The notes below the pieces were generated by a model. The model did no database searches, had not been told where the DNA came from, and saw nothing but the letters and a program-made list of their open reading frames with translations. A stretch of DNA of 35,240 nucleotides from a virus (lineage: Duplodnaviria; Caudoviricetes). Shown here one piece after another: positions 1 to 7,386 of the stretch. A program made the position numbers and the translations under genes. The stretch covers positions 1-35,240 of IMG/VR virus record IMGVR_UViG_3300025084_000099; one strand, written 5' to 3'. Position 1 is the stretch's first letter, and each line of letters opens with the position of its first letter.

Positions 1-42
1 CTCGATCTTGTAGAAGGAGTGCTTGACGACTGTGGTGGTCAT
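1..42 (-). CDS. 5' part of a small early hypothetical protein (MTTTVVKHSFYKIE...), runs off the window
   Basis: ATG at 42, just downstream of the promoter at 69-122; frame open to the window edge. Confidence 0.6.
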   Translation of the reverse strand, partial: MTTTVVKHSFYKIE

Positions 43-68
43 GTGGTGTGTCCCGTGCTGATGAATAT

Positions 69-122
69 AGTATAGGGCATTTGAGTGCCCTGTGTTGGTT
101 CAGTGGACAGTTCACGAGGTGG
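69..122 (-). promoter_or_regulatory. Phage early-type promoter: upstream box CCACCTCGTGAACTGTCCAC plus -10 TATACT
   Basis: -10 at 69-74, box at 103-122, 28-nt gap as in the copies at 1354-1407 and 4346-4399; no good -35. Confidence 0.7.
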
Positions 123-327
123 TCAGTCGAGACATGCTGATCATGAATAGGAAGACTACCATGATCACCACATCCCATGACTTTGTTCTGATGAAGTATG
201 GGATGCTAATCAGATCAGCAACACAATTGATCATCACACCAGCAATCACATTCACATGAAGAATAACAAAATAGGCAGTGATAACACCAACGCTGCCTAC
301 AACTCTTGCTTTACTATCGAGTTTCAT
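112..327 (-). CDS. Small hydrophobic, probably membrane, hypothetical protein
   Basis: 71-aa ORF with hydrophobic segments; ATG directly abuts the upstream TGA. Confidence 0.75.
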   Translation of the reverse strand: MKLDSKARVVGSVGVITAYFVILHVNVIAGVMINCVADLISIPYFIRTKSWDVVIMVVFLFMISMSRLTTS

Positions 328-486
328 TCATAGTAGATCCAATGCTTCTGGTGATAGTTCATCACTAGCACTCTGACGCCAGTTCTTATTCACCTTGTCA
401 AAGTCTTCTACTAAATCCCATGCTGGTTGAGCATCATCGATGTTCTCAAGAATCCAACGGTCGAGCATTACTTCTGAAATAGACAT
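328..486 (-). CDS. Hypothetical protein, 52 aa (MSISEVMLDRWILENIDDAQPAW...), not in the ORF track
   Basis: Translated by hand; fills the gap between neighbouring minus-strand genes almost exactly. Confidence 0.7.
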   Translation of the reverse strand: MSISEVMLDRWILENIDDAQPAWDLVEDFDKVNKNWRQSASDELSPEALDLL

Positions 487-488
487 GA

Positions 489-770
489 TTAGTCAGTTGA
501 TACGAATGATTTGAGTAGTGGCATAGCAGAGTATGCCGTAGTGTTGCTTAAGTCTACTGGTTTGCCAGGACGTTTGTGGTTAATTGGGGCAATGTAACAT
601 TGCTTCTTTGTGTTGTAGAATCCCCAGATCGATCGGACAGGTTCATTAGTGTAACTAAACCGAGCGTGATTCCTAATCCAAATGCCAACGACGTTGGACT
701 TATGTTCATGAATCTCATAGGTGAAACCTTTGGGAGCAGAGTGTGGGAAATCAGATGGTAGTTCTGTCAT
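489..770 (-). CDS. Cyanophage-type hypothetical protein
   Basis: 93-aa ORF with an IWGFYNTK...APIN...TTAYSAM pattern recalled from cyanophage early genes; TAATG coupling with the upstream gene. Confidence 0.8.
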   Translation of the reverse strand: MTELPSDFPHSAPKGFTYEIHEHKSNVVGIWIRNHARFSYTNEPVRSIWGFYNTKKQCYIAPINHKRPGKPVDLSNTTAYSAMPLLKSFVSTD

Positions 771-946
771 TAAAGATCAGCATGGAGCATATCATCAACA
801 GTCATTTCAAGTTCTGCCGCACGTTTTTCCAGTTCAATATGATCACAGCATGTGTCATCATCATGAAGATCAATCATGTCAGTGTCAAGACAAGTAAGTT
901 TGCCAAAGAGAAAGTCAATGAAGTCAGTGTCTGATTTAGTGAACAT
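770..946 (-). CDS. Acidic hypothetical protein, 58 aa (MFTKSDTDFIDFLFGKL...), not in the ORF track
   Basis: Translated by hand; stop overlaps the ATG of the next gene. Confidence 0.7.
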   Translation of the reverse strand: MFTKSDTDFIDFLFGKLTCLDTDMIDLHDDDTCCDHIELEKRAAELEMTVDDMLHADL

Positions 947-1079
947 GTGTGGTTCCTTGTTGAATGGTTGAATCGTAGTAGTTCATCATCTTACTATCAC
1001 GCTCTGCTAAGAATAGCAGGTAGCATGTGATAGCGACAAAGGCAATGATGCCGCTCAAAAGATACTGTGTGATTTTCAT
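936..1079 (-). CDS. Small single-TM hypothetical protein, 47 aa (MKITQYLLSGIIAFVAITCYLLFLAERD...)
   Basis: Translated by hand; N-terminal hydrophobic helix; tiles between neighbours. Confidence 0.65.
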   Translation of the reverse strand: MKITQYLLSGIIAFVAITCYLLFLAERDSKMMNYYDSTIQQGTTHVH

Positions 1080-1083
1080 TAGA

Positions 1084-1329
1084 TCAACCTACTGCCATTG
1101 GCATGTACTCAGAGCGAGGCATTTTGTCAGTGTTGTATCCTGTAACCTCAGCACCGTTAGCAATGCGAGACAACCACTCATTACGTGCTGTGAGCATGGT
1201 GACAGTGCTGTAAGACTTGAGACCGTTAGCATTCCAAGTGACACGCTTCTGGAAACGCTTGACGCCCTCGTCAGCGATGAATGCTTCAGGAAAGAAGTCA
1301 ACTGTACAGACTTTAGTGGTGAGTTGCAT
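1084..1329 (-). CDS. Hypothetical early protein, 81 aa (MQLTTKVCTVDFFPEAF...)
   Basis: Start moved from 1473 to ATG 1329 because a promoter lies at 1354-1407. Confidence 0.75.
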   Translation of the reverse strand: MQLTTKVCTVDFFPEAFIADEGVKRFQKRVTWNANGLKSYSTVTMLTARNEWLSRIANGAEVTGYNTDKMPRSEYMPMAVG

Positions 1330-1353
1330 GGGGTGCGTTGCTTTGACTCTATT

Positions 1354-1407
1354 AATATACACGGTTATGGGGTGCTGTGTGCGTTTGGTAGACAGTTCGA
1401 CAACTGG
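1354..1407 (-). promoter_or_regulatory. Phage early-type promoter: palindromic box CCAGTTGTCGAACTGTCTAC plus -10 TATATT
   Basis: Perfect CAGTT-N4-AACTG inverted repeat at 1393-1406; -10 at 1354-1359; 28-nt gap. Confidence 0.75.
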
Positions 1408-1544
1408 TCGTAAAGGGCAGCATCGTTGATTCCATTCTTTACCATGCAGTCGGTTGAATATCCGAGAGGACATCCAACCATAAGATCCATCACGTATTGG
1501 ATCTCAGAAGGCGTTAGAGGCACGTCTATAGTCTGGTCAGTCAT
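1365..1544 (-). CDS. Hypothetical protein, 59 aa (MTDQTIDVPLTPSEIQYVMDLM...), not in the ORF track
   Basis: ATGA overlap with the methyltransferase stop at 1541-1544; translated by hand. Confidence 0.65.
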   Translation of the reverse strand: MTDQTIDVPLTPSEIQYVMDLMVGCPLGYSTDCMVKNGINDAALYDQLSNCLPNAHSTP

Positions 1545-2515
1545 AAGTGGTTCAAGACGCTTGTGGGCGATCGTGGAGGGGTCTCAGACAGTCTATCAGC
1601 ATAGAACCGATTAAGCAACCACCTGACTTCCATGAAACTGATCCGTTTTCTGTACTTGCCTGATGCCATGGGAGACTTGAAACTAGTAAGGAAAAAATCC
1701 ATAGTCTCATCTCTCCACTGGTCTATCAGGGCATTGATTGCAGGTAGATCTGCCTCTTTTACCATTGTTGACTCAATCGGGAAGTGATTCCTGTTCGTTG
1801 GTTTACACTTACCAGCACTATTCACCAGTGATGGTACATCATTGTCCTGCAACATACGGAGATGAATGTTATTCTGTGTATTTGTGTCAATTCCGTTGAC
1901 GAGGATGGGTGCCAGGTCCCGTGGGTTGAAGCGCACATGAAAACTAGTTTTTGTTGGTGTGTTGTCAGATGTGAGCATAATCTCCTCACCATTGACAAAT
2001 GTGCGCGTGTGTTCTACTCTATGCGGAACAAAATATGCAACACCTGCGGGTGCATCAGTGTCTGTGAATAGTTGCATGTCAAACTTATCCCATGCATACA
2101 ATCTATCCTTGAATAATCTTTGGTTCCAGAATGTACTGGGTACGATTGCAGCGACATACTCACAGTTATCCAGCATTAGTTGTAGTGCATCAAGGTACAT
2201 GTCCTCATGTATTAGTTGCACTGGTAGTTTCTTACGCGATACTACTGTCTTCGCAAGGTATGGTGGGTTAGTGATACACACTCTGTACCCAGTAGGAAAC
2301 TGTTCAAATGTATTTCTATACTCTACATCAGGGTGATTGGGTTCAATATCATATCCATGCCACTCTGCATTTACATACGAAAAAAGGTGCCCCGCACCTG
2401 CAAATGGTTCCAAGATTGTAGTCTTGGGAACCATCTGATACCAGGAGCGAAATGCACCAGAGTTGTTAAATGGGTCAGTCGTTGTATAATACTGACCCAG
2501 AAGTTGCTTACTCAT
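1541..2515 (-). CDS. DNA amino-methyltransferase (probably N6-adenine, gamma-type motif order)
   Basis: Motif X GQYYT, motif I LEPFAGAG, YDIEP, then motif IV ITNPPY. Confidence 0.88.
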   Translation of the reverse strand: MSKQLLGQYYTTTDPFNNSGAFRSWYQMVPKTTILEPFAGAGHLFSYVNAEWHGYDIEPNHPDVEYRNTFEQFPTGYRVCITNPPYLAKTVVSRKKLPVQLIHEDMYLDALQLMLDNCEYVAAIVPSTFWNQRLFKDRLYAWDKFDMQLFTDTDAPAGVAYFVPHRVEHTRTFVNGEEIMLTSDNTPTKTSFHVRFNPRDLAPILVNGIDTNTQNNIHLRMLQDNDVPSLVNSAGKCKPTNRNHFPIESTMVKEADLPAINALIDQWRDETMDFFLTSFKSPMASGKYRKRISFMEVRWLLNRFYADRLSETPPRSPTSVLNHL

Positions 2516-3549
2516 TCAATATTATTCAGCAGTTCAATAACGGATTGGTTGCTATTCATCATAGCATATTCTTTTTGCCATGTCGAGTAATATGCACTCC
2601 AGGTATTAGGTACATTTTTGTGCCTAACGTCTGACACATACTTGTCAATCATGAGCAAGATAAAACCTTGCATCCTGGTAGACTCTTCCCCACGGTTAAG
2701 AATACCAGAACCAATGTATTGAGACTTATCTCTCTTACCCTTTGTGTGCCAATGTTCAAGAAAAATGGTATCACATTCATATGGTGATTGACTCTTATTG
2801 ATTGCATCCTTAGATACATTTACGGTCCAATCACGAAGTCGTTCGAGTGATTTTTCATTATCACGATGCTTGAACCAAGACATCAACACACATGCCAAAA
2901 TAGGACTAGAAATGTTGACATTAGTACCAAGATTATCAAGAACTTCATCTTGAAACCACATTGCAGCAGGATAAACTTCCTCTACAATTTTACATGCTTC
3001 AGAAAGTGTTGATTGTGCTCCGCGAGTCCAAACAGTTGGATTGATACCAGCAGCAGCATATTCCCATGGTTGAACCATCAACAACTGAGGTGCAAATAAA
3101 CTTAAACCGCGAGGCAAAAGCATGGCACGAGCAGCACCAAAGATACGATCATTTGCTTTCTTAACATCATCTGGACTGTTAAACCAGTTAAAAACTTTAA
3201 GCATCTCTTCATAAGAACTAACCATAATGGTTTTCTTATTCAATACTTCAGGTTTAGGATTTGTGGGGGTAGGATATTTTTGCCACCACAAACGACGAGT
3301 ATGAGCATCAGCAAGAACTTCCGTGCCTTTCTTGAATACTAGGTTAGCAATAGTGGGGTGAGGAATATCACATGCACACTCACAAACAGGAATCTCAATA
3401 TGATCAGGAGTCCGAACCTGCATCTTCTTATGATATTTTTTTTCTTCTACTCGTTTCTCTGTATGTCTTTGACCAGGGTGATCTAAGATTTTCATGTACT
3501 CCAACCATGACATTTTTGATCGGATGAATTCAGGTTGCCAGACTGTCAT
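2512..3549 (-). CDS. Hypothetical protein with a ParB/Srx(DGQHR)-like N-terminal motif
   Basis: 345-aa ORF; QR near the N-terminus and VLADAHTRR resembling the DG(H/Q)xR motif; ATGA-coupled to the MTase. The ORF is firm, the family is tentative. Confidence 0.6.
   Translation of the reverse strand: MTVWQPEFIRSKMSWLEYMKILDHPGQRHTEKRVEEKKYHKKMQVRTPDHIEIPVCECACDIPHPTIANLVFKKGTEVLADAHTRRLWWQKYPTPTNPKPEVLNKKTIMVSSYEEMLKVFNWFNSPDDVKKANDRIFGAARAMLLPRGLSLFAPQLLMVQPWEYAAAGINPTVWTRGAQSTLSEACKIVEEVYPAAMWFQDEVLDNLGTNVNISSPILACVLMSWFKHRDNEKSLERLRDWTVNVSKDAINKSQSPYECDTIFLEHWHTKGKRDKSQYIGSGILNRGEESTRMQGFILLMIDKYVSDVRHKNVPNTWSAYYSTWQKEYAMMNSNQSVIELLNNIE
2558..2586 (-). promoter_or_regulatory. Putative sigma70-like promoter for the methyltransferase, inside the upstream gene
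   Basis: TCGACA-17 nt-TATGAT with extended -10 TG, about 40 nt before ATG 2515. Confidence 0.5.
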
Positions 3550-3570
3550 TGTAAAAAATAATAAGAGAGT

Positions 3571-4272
3571 TCAGTTAATACCAAGACGTTGTTGAAACTC
3601 AACGTGATCAACGACCCAAACTGTGTCAGAGTCGTAGTTAAACTTGAGGCGATCAAACTTGTTAGTCAGGTCAGTATCGATGAGGATGACATATACTTTG
3701 CCTTCCTCACCATACTGTTGTGCCCAATCAGCAAAGTGTGCTGCTTCATGAAACACGTTGTCCTGATGTCCACCTTCACCAAAACAAATCTTGGCAAAGA
3801 TATATCCTTCGACATTGCCGTTGATCACACCATCGATAGACTTAAGGCACTCAAGTTTATCAAGACCAGACTCTTGGAACTCTGCTTTGTTCAACAGGCG
3901 TCCATCCTTTGTAGGACGGAGATCCTGGTTGTTCAAAGATTGTACGTAGATACCATAACCACTAGAGGCACGGTTAATCTGATCAAGGACGTAAGATTCG
4001 TCCTTTGAACCTTGACGTGAGGCAAGAATAGCAGTACCATGAGCAACTGCTAAAGCAAACTCATAGTCTGCTTTGCACTTCTCAAAGATATATTCACGAT
4101 TGGTACGAAGGAGTTCAGCAAGACGATCAAGAGACTTGAAGTTAATCAGTTTCTTGAGATCAGCGTCATTGATATTCGCTGTATGACAAATGCCCTCAGC
4201 AAGAGCGATATTTGTCTCAAATTGGCGCGTGATACGAACTTTTGAAAGATCGGACTTGAACATTACAGTCAT
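3571..4272 (-). CDS. Putative type II restriction endonuclease-like PD-(D/E)xK nuclease, 233 aa
   Basis: SRQGxxDE...KSIDG...YIFAK...GGHQDNV pattern; same cluster as a DNA MTase; start moved to ATG 4272 downstream of the promoter. Confidence 0.6.
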   Translation of the reverse strand: MTVMFKSDLSKVRITRQFETNIALAEGICHTANINDADLKKLINFKSLDRLAELLRTNREYIFEKCKADYEFALAVAHGTAILASRQGSKDESYVLDQINRASSGYGIYVQSLNNQDLRPTKDGRLLNKAEFQESGLDKLECLKSIDGVINGNVEGYIFAKICFGEGGHQDNVFHEAAHFADWAQQYGEEGKVYVILIDTDLTNKFDRLKFNYDSDTVWVVDHVEFQQRLGIN

Positions 4273-4345
4273 TGGAATGACGCCACCTACATGGGTGGGA
4301 TTATAGAATGTGGAGTCTTTAGGGCGCTTCCTCTCCCATGAACCT

Positions 4346-4399
4346 AATATACACGAGTTTGGGGTCTGTGTCAACCCCTTAGTCCAGTTAGCGAAGTGG
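4346..4399 (-). promoter_or_regulatory. Near-consensus early promoter TTGACA-17-TATATT with upstream box CCACTTCGCTAACTGGACTA
   Basis: -35 at 4369-4374, -10 at 4346-4351, box at 4380-4399. Confidence 0.85.
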
Positions 4400-4942
4400 T
4401 GGACCAGGTATCCACCCAACCAGACTTTTTCTGATACCATTCAACACTGGTTTGACCCGATGTGGCAATGCTGAAGGAAACACAATCAATGTTCCTGTTT
4501 TATTTTCAGCAGTGATAGTCTCAGTCTTCAACTCATGATCACCAAAAGAATAACGACCAATTTCAAATTCCCCTCCATCATAGTCATCATTCAACATTAA
4601 TGTAAATGATAGTTTTCTGGGTGGATTGTACCCAATTGTATCAATATGCCAACAATAGTGATCTCCAACATTATAATGAGAGTATTGAATTGATTTATTC
4701 TCAAAGAAAGGATGTAAATCAAACTTAAAATTGTCTTCGTTGATAACATTCACCCAGTGACGACAAAATTTGTATGCCATATTACTCTCGGGAACAAAAG
4801 TAATTTTAGATGATCTTATGTCATGATCTAATCCTGAGTTTATTTTAGATTGCTTCCAAGAAGAATCAATAGTATCCAATTCATTGTAAATACCTTGTGG
4901 TATTTTAATTATGTGGATAATTGCTTCGTCGTTATGAATCAC
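4388..4942 (-). CDS. 2OG-Fe(II) oxygenase (PKHD/prolyl-4-hydroxylase-like)
   Basis: WHID (HxD), RKLSFTLMLND.YDGGEF, FPS..PHRVKPV..G.RKSLVGW; start likely GTG 4942 overlapping the upstream gene end. Confidence 0.88.
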   Translation of the reverse strand: MIHNDEAIIHIIKIPQGIYNELDTIDSSWKQSKINSGLDHDIRSSKITFVPESNMAYKFCRHWVNVINEDNFKFDLHPFFENKSIQYSHYNVGDHYCWHIDTIGYNPPRKLSFTLMLNDDYDGGEFEIGRYSFGDHELKTETITAENKTGTLIVFPSALPHRVKPVLNGIRKSLVGWIPGPPLR

Positions 4943-5090
4943 TGAAAATAGGGATGATGTTAGTCTTAGCGTGTTCTGTTTTATTGATGTGCTGTTCCCA
5001 CATGCTAGCATCATCCAGATTATAGAAGATCGCTTGCTGTTTCGCTTGTCCCTTCTTCTTGTTCTTCATCCACACAACTGCGTACTTCAT
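4932..5090 (-). CDS. Small basic hypothetical protein, 52 aa (MKYAVVWMKNKKKG...)
   Basis: C-terminal part of the 95-aa track ORF; overlaps the upstream gene by 71 nt. Confidence 0.6.
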   Translation of the reverse strand: MKYAVVWMKNKKKGQAKQQAIFYNLDDASMWEQHINKTEHAKTNIIPIFSDS

Positions 5091-5253
5091 CCCAATACTC
5101 CCGAAAAACACATAAAGTTGACTGATAACGACCATGACGGCATGATGGGTCAGGTCGATCGATGTAGCGAATAGTGATGTACCTATCACTGATAAAATCC
5201 ACCGGTCCTTTGACGGCATGATACTGAACCATCATACCACGAGTAAACTTCAC
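5020..5253 (-). CDS. Hypothetical protein
   Basis: 77-aa ORF, GTGA overlap with the upstream stop. Confidence 0.7.
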   Translation of the reverse strand: MKFTRGMMVQYHAVKGPVDFISDRYITIRYIDRPDPSCRHGRYQSTLCVFREYWDEVRSCVDEEQEEGTSETASDLL

Positions 5254-5450
5254 TCGTCAACCTCATCAAATAGTTTACGGTTTTTGTTCTCTAATTTAGG
5301 GAGACGGAACATCTCCTTAAGGTCATTTAATTCATTCAATTGTTTCTGTAGATTATCAATCTGTGCTTGCAGAATCTGAAAGTTAGTATCATTGTTATTC
5401 TGCATCATCAACATGTTGTTGATTGCTTGTTTAAAATCTTCTTCGTTCAT
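5250..5450 (-). CDS. Small coiled-coil hypothetical protein
   Basis: 66 aa with heptad LQAQIDNLQKQLNELNDL. Confidence 0.75.
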   Translation of the reverse strand: MNEEDFKQAINNMLMMQNNNDTNFQILQAQIDNLQKQLNELNDLKEMFRLPKLENKNRKLFDEVDE

Positions 5451-5451
5451 G

Positions 5452-5700
5452 TCAATAACGTTCAGGAATACGGTGGTCTAGGTTAAGAGCAGTGTTGCCA
5501 GTCATAAGATCTCGAAGAGACATAGCACGACAGTATGCTGTCTTGTGATATTCTATCACATCATCGACGCCAGATAGCATCTCTTCATACGTTTGTCGTG
5601 CTGATACTTTATCATCGTTGAGGTAATCATCGATCGCATCTTGCATACGATCTTTACGCTGTTTTGAATACTCATTTTTCCAGTTGATTTCAGTTGTCAT
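5452..5700 (-). CDS. Hypothetical protein (MTTEINWKNEYSKQR...)
   Basis: Start moved to ATG 5700, which overlaps the end of the upstream gene. Confidence 0.7.
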   Translation of the reverse strand: MTTEINWKNEYSKQRKDRMQDAIDDYLNDDKVSARQTYEEMLSGVDDVIEYHKTAYCRAMSLRDLMTGNTALNLDHRIPERY

Positions 5701-5887
5701 TAAAGTCTTCGTTGCGACGTTTGTCAAGGTATTCGATGATCTCACTACGCCATTCTAACAACTCATGATAACATTGCTGATCATGTGCATCCTGGCGTAG
5801 TTGATAGTCTGGTTTGAGAACGCTCTCATAGAAGATATAGAACGCATCTTTACGTTTCTCGTGTTTCGTGGTGCTATTCCAATCCAT
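5690..5887 (-). CDS. Cyanophage-type hypothetical protein
   Basis: 65 aa, directly downstream of the promoter at 5911-5939. Confidence 0.8.
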   Translation of the reverse strand: MDWNSTTKHEKRKDAFYIFYESVLKPDYQLRQDAHDQQCYHELLEWRSEIIEYLDKRRNEDFNDN

Positions 5888-5910
5888 GTGATACAGGCGT
5901 TATAGGGGAC

Positions 5911-5939
5911 ATTGTAGCATGATTACTCAATTTGATCAA
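5911..5939 (-). promoter_or_regulatory. Sigma70-like promoter TTGATC-17-TACAAT
   Basis: -35 at 5934-5939, TG-extended -10 at 5911-5916. Confidence 0.6.
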
Positions 5940-6147
5940 CTGATTCGATATCACAAACGGGAACTTCATGTTCCCCAGCAATAATGTACCAATGCATGAT
6001 CTGTCCATGATACTCAGGATGAGCAGGATAGTTTATAGTATACTCCCTCTCACCAGCATACATCAGTTCACTCTCTGGAATGTTATTATCTCGTAACATT
6101 GCTTGGAGTTGCATATGCTGCAACTCTATCTGATCAGGAACTTTCAT
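5923..6147 (-). CDS. Hypothetical protein (MKVPDQIELQHMQLQAML...)
   Basis: Start moved to ATG 6147, downstream of the promoter at 6170-6199. Confidence 0.75.
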   Translation of the reverse strand: MKVPDQIELQHMQLQAMLRDNNIPESELMYAGEREYTINYPAHPEYHGQIMHWYIIAGEHEVPVCDIESVDQIE

Positions 6148-6169
6148 GTGGTTCGATGGACGCCTTGCT

Positions 6170-6199
6170 ACCATAGCATAGGTGTCAACCCACTGTCAA
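6170..6199 (-). promoter_or_regulatory. Sigma70-like promoter TTGACA-18-TATGGT at the late/early boundary
   Basis: -35 at 6194-6199, TG-extended -10 at 6170-6175. Confidence 0.55.
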
Positions 6200-7039
6200 G
6201 TCCTCAAACTGTTCCACTTTGTGAACATACACAAAGGTTTCTTTATGGGATCCATCAGGGTTTACAATAAACTCAATGTCAAACCATGAATTATGTGTAC
6301 AAATAGAAGTAATATAATCTGCTTCTTCATCTGTTAGAATATCAAGTTTATCTTTCCTTAACACATTGAGATACATTTGTGCTTTTTCATTTCTTCTTTC
6401 AACTGCAAAAACAAACTTATCTTGCTTATCAAATGTTTTGGTAACATTAAAAAATAATTTGTATGATAACACATCTGTATCCAATTTAAACTTCAATACT
6501 CCATAACCATATTTTGTCACATACTTCGGAAATGCATTAATTTTTTTAAGAAAGTTTTGATCTGCATAACTATCAAAACTATAGTCATCATCATATACTG
6601 TACAACCATTGTACGTACCATCTGGTTTATATAACATACCAAGTAAGAAAGTCTTATTACTTAAGGTAACATTAGTATGTTTCACAAATCTGGATCTTAG
6701 ATCCATAAATCCCTCACAATCGATTGCTCGCGAGAATTTATTCCACACTGGAAGTAAAACAGGATATCTAATACCATGCTTCGCAAGAATTTCAATGATA
6801 TCTCCATCATTATGCTCAATAAACAAATGTTTATTAAATTCATATTCAGGATCTGTCGCATGACCAAAGACATAATTAAAATACTTATTTAATTTAAGTT
6901 TAAGATCAGTATCTAAATTAGGAAGATATGCAGGATCCATTAGAGACGTAAATCTCCTAGGCATTGTTTCTATAGTAGAAACTTTCTCTCTTGTAGTAAG
7001 ACTGTATTTGTCAACAACAGTATATCTTTCGGAAAACAT
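6185..7039 (-). CDS. Hypothetical protein, 284 aa
   Basis: Long AT-rich ORF, TAATG-coupled to the upstream gene; no motif recognised. Confidence 0.8.
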   Translation of the reverse strand: MFSERYTVVDKYSLTTREKVSTIETMPRRFTSLMDPAYLPNLDTDLKLKLNKYFNYVFGHATDPEYEFNKHLFIEHNDGDIIEILAKHGIRYPVLLPVWNKFSRAIDCEGFMDLRSRFVKHTNVTLSNKTFLLGMLYKPDGTYNGCTVYDDDYSFDSYADQNFLKKINAFPKYVTKYGYGVLKFKLDTDVLSYKLFFNVTKTFDKQDKFVFAVERRNEKAQMYLNVLRKDKLDILTDEEADYITSICTHNSWFDIEFIVNPDGSHKETFVYVHKVEQFEDLTVG

Positions 7040-7386
7040 TATTCGTTAGTTAAAATAGTTTGACCTTCAACATTGCACAGAGAATAGAAGATATAATTTT
7101 CTGGCGTTGTTGTTTCTGCTTGACTTGCTGGAAAACTTGCTTCTAAGAATTCGATAGTCATTTGCATATCATCAACTTCCATAAAAACATATTCCGATTG
7201 CTTCAATGCTGTCCACATATCCAGAGGCAGAATCGATTTATAAGTTTCATATGAAGCATTGATAGCATCAACATCAGTGCTATTATTCCACCCATAGGAT
7301 CTCAGCATAACAACTGGTTTTCCTTTCATACGAGCATAGTTCTCGATGAAGTTATCAAAATAATATACGTCGTAAGATGTGTTCAT
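7039..7386 (-). CDS. Hypothetical protein (MNTSYDVYYFDNF...)
   Basis: ATGA overlap at 7383-7386 with the upstream oxygenase stop. Confidence 0.8.
   Translation of the reverse strand: MNTSYDVYYFDNFIENYARMKGKPVVMLRSYGWNNSTDVDAINASYETYKSILPLDMWTALKQSEYVFMEVDDMQMTIEFLEASFPASQAETTTPENYIFYSLCNVEGQTILTNE

Noticed and set aside
74-91. AGGGCA-N6-TGCCCT inverted repeat as a terminator
   Set aside because: It lies in the promoter spacer and lacks a U-tract
4300-4306. Second TATAAT in the nuclease leader
   Set aside because: No -35 or upstream box at the proper spacing
4273-4440. N-terminal extension of the 289-aa ORF (likewise 1330-1473 and 4943-5014)
   Set aside because: The extensions run through promoters or neighbouring genes; downstream starts fit better
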